Shown here: piece after piece, positions 58,317-64,000 of the stretch
Position numbering within the stretch: position 1 is the stretch's first letter
Layout of the letters: each line of letters opens with the position of its first letter
Origin: Bacteroidales bacterium
GTDB taxonomy: Bacteria; Bacteroidota; Bacteroidia; Bacteroidales; WCHB1-69
DNA length: 64,000 nucleotides
Assembly (NCBI GenBank): GCA_017551725.1
Contig: JAFZKY010000021.1
Span: forward strand, 2,547-66,546
Direction of reading: 5' to 3'
Position numbers and translations under genes: made by a program
The notes under the pieces: generated by a model
What the model saw: the letters and a program-made list of their open reading frames with translations, nothing else
What the model was told of the DNA's origin: nothing
Databases searched by the model: none

Positions 58317-58751
58317 CTACAGCAGTATCAGGCATGCCAGCTGCCATTGGTCGGGGATGAAGTCGAAGTAATAGACGGGTGCGCCCCAACGATCCTTGAC
58401 GCGAAGTGTTTGACCGTCAAGGTAGTATAGTGCTGTACCCCAGCGGTCTTTCTGCCGGATGGTCTGTCCGTCGAAGTAGAGCAGGGGAGCGCCCCAACGG
58501 TCCTTCTGCCGCACGGTTGGGCCGTCCATGTAGAGCAGCACCTGTCCCCAGCGGTCTTTCTGTCGCACCTGCCGCGCCGCTGCGTCGTACCATATCAGCT
58601 GCTCGCCCCAGCGGTCTCTCTGCCGTATGGTGTTCTCCTGCATGAAATAGAGCTTCGCGCCCCAGCGGTCCTTCTGATAGACGGTCTGGGCATGGCCCAC
58701 TATTGCGGAGAGTGAGACGATGGCCAACAGGAACAGGATTCGTTTTTTCAT
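58317..58751 (-). CDS. Secreted repeat protein, 6 x (R)QKDRWG units, possible beta-flower fold
   Basis: Signal peptide ending HA|Q, six ~18-aa repeats, and a short hydrophobic C-terminal helix (QWQLACLILL). Confidence 0.75.
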   Translation of the reverse strand: MKKRILFLLAIVSLSAIVGHAQTVYQKDRWGAKLYFMQENTIRQRDRWGEQLIWYDAAARQVRQKDRWGQVLLYMDGPTVRQKDRWGAPLLYFDGQTIRQKDRWGTALYYLDGQTLRVKDRWGAPVYYFDFIPDQWQLACLILL

Positions 58752-58833
58752 ACGGGCAAAAATACAAATATTTTCCGTTTGTTCAAGTTGGATAAATGGC
58801 TGAATATAATGCGCTAAGGACTATGGGTGGCTT

Positions 58834-59328
58834 TTACAGCAGTCGCATGGCTATGTGTGCGCAGGCTTCCGCGTCGGCGAGGGCGTGGTGATGGTGGGTC
58901 ATCGGGGATCCGCAGGCGGCAGCCACCGTGTGCAGCTGATGATTGGGCAGCCGTCTGCCGAAATGCCGGCGCGAGGCTTGGCAGGTGCAAAAAAACGGAT
59001 AGTCAGGGTAGTCCATCTGGTATGTGCGAAACACGGCTTTGAGGCAACCTTCATCGAAGGGGCTGTTGTGTGCCACCAGCGGCAGTCCTTCAATCAGGGG
59101 CTCGATCTGCCGCCAAACGACGGGAAAAATGGGTGCGTTGTCGGTGTCTTTGTGCGAGAGGCCGTGAACCTGCTGGCAGAACCACGCGTAGTAGTCGGGC
59201 TCGGGCTTGATGAGCGAGTAGAACGTGTCGGTGATCACGCCACCGCGCACCACCACCACGCCCACGCTGCACACGCTGCTGCGCTGCCCGTTGGCCGTCT
59301 CGAAGTCTATGGCTGCAAAGTCTGTCAT
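58834..59328 (-). CDS. DEDDh 3'-5' exonuclease (DnaQ-like)
   Basis: AAIDFETAN, LVAHNSPFD and HHALADAEAC motifs. Confidence 0.92.
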   Translation of the reverse strand: MTDFAAIDFETANGQRSSVCSVGVVVVRGGVITDTFYSLIKPEPDYYAWFCQQVHGLSHKDTDNAPIFPVVWRQIEPLIEGLPLVAHNSPFDEGCLKAVFRTYQMDYPDYPFFCTCQASRRHFGRRLPNHQLHTVAAACGSPMTHHHHALADAEACAHIAMRLL

Positions 59329-59451
59329 ATCAGGTTTTTATGAATGAATTGGCCGTTTAATTACAGGGCTGCAAAGGTATAATAATTTCGGTTGCAAAAG
59401 TAGAGTGTTGGTATGCCGGTTCGTGGCATAGTCTGTTTTGGTTTTTTGTGT

Positions 59452-59484
59452 AAAAAAAAGCCGCACCCATTCGAGCGCGGCTTT
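59452..59484 (-). terminator. Terminator after hsp20
   Basis: aaagccgc / gcggcttt stem with an A run on the plus strand. Confidence 0.7.
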
Positions 59485-59509
59485 AGGTCATGTACATTGA
59501 TTTGGAAGA

Positions 59510-59935
59510 TTATCCGATGGCGATGGTTCGGGCGAGCTTGGGCTCCTCTTTCTGCACTCTCGGCAGGGTGACGGTCAGGATGCCGTTCTCCACCTTGGCG
59601 GCGATGTTCTCCTTGTCCACGTCCTCGGGCAGCGTGTAAACCTGCTCGTAGTTGGTGTAAGAGAATTCGCGGCGCAGATAGTGATGCTTTTTCTCGCTCT
59701 CCTTGTGCTCCATCTTGTTCTCGATGGCAACACTCAGATTGCCTTCGTCGTTGATGCTCACGCGGCAGAACTCTTTCTTGATGCCGGGTGCGGCCACTTC
59801 CATTGTGTAGGCCTTTTCGTCCTCCCTCACATTGACTGCCGGTGCTGTAGTATTGGCACGGGGCATAAAGTCGTTGTTCAGGAAATCTTCAAATACTGTC
59901 GGAAACCAACTGTTTTTAAACATTACTGGTAACAT
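59510..59935 (-). CDS. Hsp20/alpha-crystallin small heat shock protein
   Basis: APAVNV.E, EVAAPG, YLRREFSY and ENGILTVTLP motifs. Confidence 0.95.
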   Translation of the reverse strand: MLPVMFKNSWFPTVFEDFLNNDFMPRANTTAPAVNVREDEKAYTMEVAAPGIKKEFCRVSINDEGNLSVAIENKMEHKESEKKHHYLRREFSYTNYEQVYTLPEDVDKENIAAKVENGILTVTLPRVQKEEPKLARTIAIG

Positions 59936-60019
59936 AATACACCTCCGTTTTTAATTGTTAGACATTTGATTTTTTCTCGGCTGCCTCCGCTTTCGCTTCG
60001 GCGAACCGAAGCCTTATAG

Positions 60020-60036
60020 AGCAAAGCGCGTGCCAA
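60020..60036 (-). promoter_or_regulatory. Sigma54 (RpoN) -24/-12 promoter for hsp20
   Basis: Minus strand reads TTGGCACGCGCTTTGCT, an exact TGGCAC-N5-TTGC match ~85 nt upstream of the start codon. Confidence 0.75.
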
Positions 60037-60120
60037 CTGTCCATTGGGAAGATTTTTTTATCCCAATGGACAAATTGTCCACATTTGTGACAACGTGGCG
60101 TATTTTGTGACAGATGTTCT

Positions 60121-62196
60121 TTAGCGGTTCACGATTTTCCGCAAAACCGTTCCCTCTTTCATCTCGCAGCTGAGGATGAACACGCCGCTGGACGGCAGTC
60201 GCAGTTCCATAGTCTCTTTGTCGGGATTGATTTCCTGTACCAAAGCACCTTCGATGGTGTAAACCCGCACTACCTTGGGCATTTCCTGCGTGAAGTGTAC
60301 CACGCATTGTCCGTGTGCCGGGTTGGGGAATATCCGGATGCCGTTGGAGGTGTAAGAGTGGATGCCGGTGCTGTCATCCGGGATGACCGGCGGCACCAGC
60401 GTGTCGGTGTGGAACGTTATCATGGCCCATTCGCCCCAAAGGTCATTGCCGCACCCGCAGCGCACGTGGATGTCGTAGTAGGTGTCAGGCTGCAGGTCTG
60501 ACAGGTGAAGGAAACTTTCGCTGACGCCGACATGCGTCCCGCTGCCAAGTGCAAAGCCCTGTACGCCGTATTCTGCCTCGAAATGGTCGGGGTTGCCCTC
60601 GAACGACCAGCCTATTGTGGCGTGGGTGGTGTCTATATTGATGATGTGCAGATTGAAAACCGCGCTGCAGGTGTCAGGATCCGGGATGACCGGCGGCACC
60701 AGCGTGTCGGTTTGGAAGGTGAGCATGGCCCAGCTGCCCGCCAATGTGCTGCTGCACACGCAACGCACGTACACATCGTATGAGGTACCAGGCTGCAGGT
60801 TGGACAGGGAAAGGAAACTCTCGCTGCGACCGAGATGGGTTCCGTTGCCGAGTGTGAAGCCCTGCACGCCGTATTCGATCTCGAATTGGGTGGGGTCGCC
60901 CTCGAACGACCAGCCTATCGTGGCGTGTGTGGAGTCCACGTTGATGATGTGCAGGTTGAAAACCGCGCTGCAGGTGTCAGGATTGGGGATAACCGGCGGC
61001 ACCAGCGTGTCGGTGCGGAAGGTCGTCATGGCCCAGTTGCCTGCCAGCGTGCTGCTGCACACGCAACGCACGTACACGTCGTATGGGGTGTCGGGCTGAA
61101 GGTTGGAGAGGGGGAGGCTATTGCCATTGGCATTGACCAGCGTGCCGCTGCCTTGCACGAACCCCTGCACACCATACTCCACCTCAAAATGGTCGGGCGT
61201 GCCCTCGTAGGTCCAGTTCAATGTGGCGTGGGTGGTGTCCACGTTGCTGACGGTCAGTCCGAAAACGGCACTGCAAGTGTCAGCGGGAGCTGCATCCACA
61301 TGGGCCCACAGCTGGAGGTTGTCAAGGAAAAGGGCCGAGCCCTGTTGCGGGGATGTGTTGGCGGAGGAGAACATCAATATGATGAGGGAGTCCGCTTCCA
61401 CATGCGGGTATGAGGAGTTGATCTCAGAGAGCGGGGAGTAGGTCACCTCGAAGGGCGTGTAGTTGGCGGTGTCGGTCAATGCTACGGTATAGCCGAGGCC
61501 CACCATCTCGCGCCGGTGTGTGGCTGTGTTGTATTTGGAGCCGAGTATCAAAATGCCGCCATTGTCGCCGCTGGTGGCCGATGTGTACTTGTAATGCCCT
61601 GTCAGTCGGCTGGGGGTGGCTCCGTTCAAGGCAACACCACCGTCAATCAGCGTGTTTAAATCCACATTGGCGAAAGTGGAGATCAGTTGCGACACGTTGC
61701 TGAGGCTGCCGGTGATGGAACTCAGCAGAGGCAGCAATTGGTCGATATCGACCACGCCGGTGGTGAGCACCGTGGGGAATACCGTGGTGGTCAGCGTGGG
61801 GTCTAGCGATGAGGAAGCGAGGTTATAGACAGTGGAGCTGATGATGTCGGAGAGCATGAAGCTTTGCATCTTGAGGGCGTGGGAGCCGTCAACCGCGCCG
61901 CTGGTTTCGTTGGCCACCTTCAGCAGCGGAAGGTTGGTGTTCACGTTCACATTCATGCCGCTGTAGGTGACGGTTTGGTTTACCGGATACGTGGGGTAAT
62001 TCCATCCGGTAGGATAAGTGTAACTGCTATACACGGATAAAGGGATAAACAGCACGGTGACACTGTATCCGCTGCCATTAGACCAGTTTTCGAAACTGCC
62101 GTTGGGAATGGCGATGGTGCTGTCCTGAGGTTGGGCAGTCGCCCGGAAGGAAAAGAGGACGCACAATGTTATTAGTAGTAAGGAAATTTGTTTCAT
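60121..62196 (-). CDS. T9SS-secreted protein with a PCMD-like N-terminal domain and 3 fibronectin type III repeats
   Basis: IPNGSFENW start, three near-identical DTCSAVF...EYGVQGF...LQP.T.YDVYVRC repeats, and CTD IFPNP...GVFIL. Confidence 0.85.
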   Translation of the reverse strand: MKQISLLLITLCVLFSFRATAQPQDSTIAIPNGSFENWSNGSGYSVTVLFIPLSVYSSYTYPTGWNYPTYPVNQTVTYSGMNVNVNTNLPLLKVANETSGAVDGSHALKMQSFMLSDIISSTVYNLASSSLDPTLTTTVFPTVLTTGVVDIDQLLPLLSSITGSLSNVSQLISTFANVDLNTLIDGGVALNGATPSRLTGHYKYTSATSGDNGGILILGSKYNTATHRREMVGLGYTVALTDTANYTPFEVTYSPLSEINSSYPHVEADSLIILMFSSANTSPQQGSALFLDNLQLWAHVDAAPADTCSAVFGLTVSNVDTTHATLNWTYEGTPDHFEVEYGVQGFVQGSGTLVNANGNSLPLSNLQPDTPYDVYVRCVCSSTLAGNWAMTTFRTDTLVPPVIPNPDTCSAVFNLHIINVDSTHATIGWSFEGDPTQFEIEYGVQGFTLGNGTHLGRSESFLSLSNLQPGTSYDVYVRCVCSSTLAGSWAMLTFQTDTLVPPVIPDPDTCSAVFNLHIINIDTTHATIGWSFEGNPDHFEAEYGVQGFALGSGTHVGVSESFLHLSDLQPDTYYDIHVRCGCGNDLWGEWAMITFHTDTLVPPVIPDDSTGIHSYTSNGIRIFPNPAHGQCVVHFTQEMPKVVRVYTIEGALVQEINPDKETMELRLPSSGVFILSCEMKEGTVLRKIVNR

Positions 62197-62302
62197 ATTT
62201 TATGGAATTTAAAAATGCAAAAATAAAATATTTTTCAAGCAAACACATCATTGAAGTTTTTAATAAGGAATTATTGTGTAATTGTGTACTTTTGTCTGCG
62301 TG

Positions 62303-63295
62303 ATGGATTGTGTTAGAAATATTGTCAAGTACTTGTTTTTCTGTGGGTTGTCGTTGTCCTTGTGGGCATGCTTGCGCCCGGAGAAGGAACCTTGCGACGA
62401 TTATAGGCAGGCCATGCGCGACTTTGTTGTCCGCATCAGTGAAACGGCGCGTGCGCAAGATGCCGATTTCATCGTCATTCCTCAAAACGGCATTGAATTG
62501 GTGACGTTGGGCGATGATGCGGATGCCGATTTGTCTGCTTCGTATTTGTCAGCCATTGATGGTCATGGCCAGGAAGATCTCTTTTACGGGTATTCGCATG
62601 ATGACACCCCCACGCCGGTTCTTGTCACAGACGAGCTGTTGTCGTATCTGCGTCGTTCGAAGCAGGCGGGGAAAAGCATTTTGGTGACAGATTATTGTGT
62701 TCATCCCGACTACGTTACGGATGCACTTGGACGGTGTGATGCGGAAGGCTTCCTTTCCTTTGCTGCCCCGAGTCGCGAGTTGGATGTTGTTCCCGGCGGT
62801 GTGCCTCCTCATGAAAACGCACAAGATATTGTCCGGTTGGACGAGGCTCGTAATTTTCTTTATCTTATTAACAATCAAAATTTTGATAATAAAAAATCGT
62901 TTTTGAGGGCTGTCTCAGCCACCAATTACGATGTGCTCATCATGGATCTCTTTTTCAACGATGGCACCGCTTTCACGGCGCAGGAGGTGGAGCATTTGAA
63001 GCAAAAGGCAAACGGTGGCAGGCGGTTGGTGGTCTGCTATATGTCCATCGGGGAGGCGGAAGATTACCGTTATTACTGGCAGCCGTCGTGGAAACGGCAC
63101 AAGCCCGTCTGGTTGGCCCGCGAAAATCCCTCGTGGCCGGGCAACTATAAGGTTCGCTATTGGAATTCTGGGTGGCAAGAACTCATCTGCGGCTCTGGCG
63201 ACAGCTACCTGAACCGCATATTGGCTGCCCGTTTCGATGGGGTATATCTGGATATTGTGGATGCGTTCGAGTATTTTGAAGAGCGGGGCCTTTGA
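62303..63295 (+). CDS. Endo-alpha-1,4-polygalactosaminidase-like lipoprotein (GH114/GH166, TM1410-like)
   Basis: LWAC lipobox, IVIPQNG, QEDLFYG, CYMSIGEAEDYRYYW, ENPSWPGNY.VRYW and FDGVYLD motifs. Confidence 0.85.
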   Translation: MDCVRNIVKYLFFCGLSLSLWACLRPEKEPCDDYRQAMRDFVVRISETARAQDADFIVIPQNGIELVTLGDDADADLSASYLSAIDGHGQEDLFYGYSHDDTPTPVLVTDELLSYLRRSKQAGKSILVTDYCVHPDYVTDALGRCDAEGFLSFAAPSRELDVVPGGVPPHENAQDIVRLDEARNFLYLINNQNFDNKKSFLRAVSATNYDVLIMDLFFNDGTAFTAQEVEHLKQKANGGRRLVVCYMSIGEAEDYRYYWQPSWKRHKPVWLARENPSWPGNYKVRYWNSGWQELICGSGDSYLNRILAARFDGVYLDIVDAFEYFEERGL

Positions 63296-63328
63296 TGCTC
63301 TCGCACATCGGATCCATCCCTTCTGTAT

Positions 63329-63523
63329 TTACATGTTTGTGCCGTTTGTTGGCTTTCTGGAGGTTGATAGTTGTGAGTTTTTCGGCATCCGCCCAGCCTT
63401 CTTCAGCGCAGTGGATAATATCCACTCAATCTGGCCGTTGGCACTGCGGAATTCGTCGGCAGCCCATCGCTCGATGGCCTCGTATATTTCCGCATCCACC
63501 CGTAAGGCGAAATTTTTTTTCAT
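63329..63523 (-). CDS. Arc-like ribbon-helix-helix DNA-binding protein
   Basis: KKNFALRVD...IERWAADEFRSANGQIE. Usual partner downstream of SPFH genes. Confidence 0.88.
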   Translation of the reverse strand: MKKNFALRVDAEIYEAIERWAADEFRSANGQIEWILSTALKKAGRMPKNSQLSTSRKPTNGTNM

Positions 63524-63547
63524 AATTGACGGGTTGTTTCCACGTCC

Positions 63548-63577
63548 TGTAGAGACGGGGCGCGCCCCGTCTCTACA
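63548..63577. repeat. REP-like palindrome, GTAG family
   Basis: Perfect 30-bp palindrome tgtagagacggggcgcgccccgtctctaca in an intergenic region. Confidence 0.8.
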
Positions 63578-63598
63578 AAACGGGAATTTGGCATTCGG

Positions 63599-64000
63599 TT
63601 ACTGATACAACGTTCCTGTGTTGATGACTGGTGATGCTGATTCGTCGGCGCAGAGCACCACTAAGAGGTTGGAGACCATGGTGGCCTTGCGCTCCTCGTC
63701 GAGTTCCACGATCTTGTCCTCCGACAGTTTCTTGAGGGCCAGGTCCACCATGCTGACGGCGCCCTCCACAATCTTCTCGCGGGCGGAGATGATGGCATCG
63801 GCCTGCTGGCGGCGCAGCATCACGCTGGCAATCTCGGCGGCGTAGGCCAGGTAGTTGATGCGGGCTTCCACCACCTCTATGCCGGCAATTTCCAGATGTT
63901 TACGCAATTCGGCCTCTAACCGCTCGTTGATTTCCTCGCCGCCCGAGCGCAACGTCACTTCCTCGTCGTTGCGGTCCATGTTGTCGTAAGCATACAGACC
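63599..64000 (-). CDS. SPFH/band 7 domain protein, C-terminal part (runs off the right edge)
   Basis: EARINYLAYAAEIASVMLRRQQA...IVEGAV.MV...MVSNLLVVLC...INTGTLY. Confidence 0.92.
   Translation of the reverse strand, partial: GLYAYDNMDRNDEEVTLRSGGEEINERLEAELRKHLEIAGIEVVEARINYLAYAAEIASVMLRRQQADAIISAREKIVEGAVSMVDLALKKLSEDKIVELDEERKATMVSNLLVVLCADESASPVINTGTLYQ

Noticed and set aside
58370-58680. Regularly spaced cccagcggtc repeats resembling a CRISPR array
   Set aside because: They encode the DRWG motif within an intact ORF, vary at synonymous positions, and the spacers are homologous to each other.
60370-61290. Diversity-generating retroelement TR/VR pair
   Set aside because: The repeats are in-frame FN3 domains, differences are not adenine-specific, and there is no reverse transcriptase in the window.

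Overview
64 kb of chromosome from an anaerobic Bacteroidales-like organism, judged from TAnnTTTG -7 promoters, SecDF, DUF4295, PorZ/PorE and four proteins with T9SS C-terminal domains. Most of it is core housekeeping: lptD, secDF, lptB, mscL, pyrC, xseA, dnaX, relA/spoT, ddh, rbfA, recO, obgE, rpmG, ftsY, ispH, purH, ung and hsp20. The most interesting region is a tightly packed 9-gene minus-strand operon (802-10257). In it the three recognised sulfonolipid (capnine) biosynthesis genes (SulA/CapB-like acyltransferase, SDR reductase, cysteate synthase) enclose a five-gene heterodisulfide-reductase-like module: HdrC, HdrB, a short HdrA, a ferredoxin-like HdrC and a membrane HdrE/D-like fusion. 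This may be a sulfite-supplying system for cysteate synthesis. The left edge shows an apparent deletion junction joining a 5'-truncated type II cas1 to a 5'-truncated hicA toxin, leaving an orphan hicB. Other oddities: an in-frame ispH-purH fusion with a Bacillota-type PurH, a split dnaX, a PorE-like protein carrying a degenerate retropepsin domain, a QKDRWG six-repeat (beta-flower-like) protein, oriented 7/8-nt intergenic tandem repeats, a sigma54 promoter at hsp20 and a GTAG REP palindrome. No tRNA, rRNA or CRISPR array was seen. All family calls come from motif recognition by eye, not from database searches.
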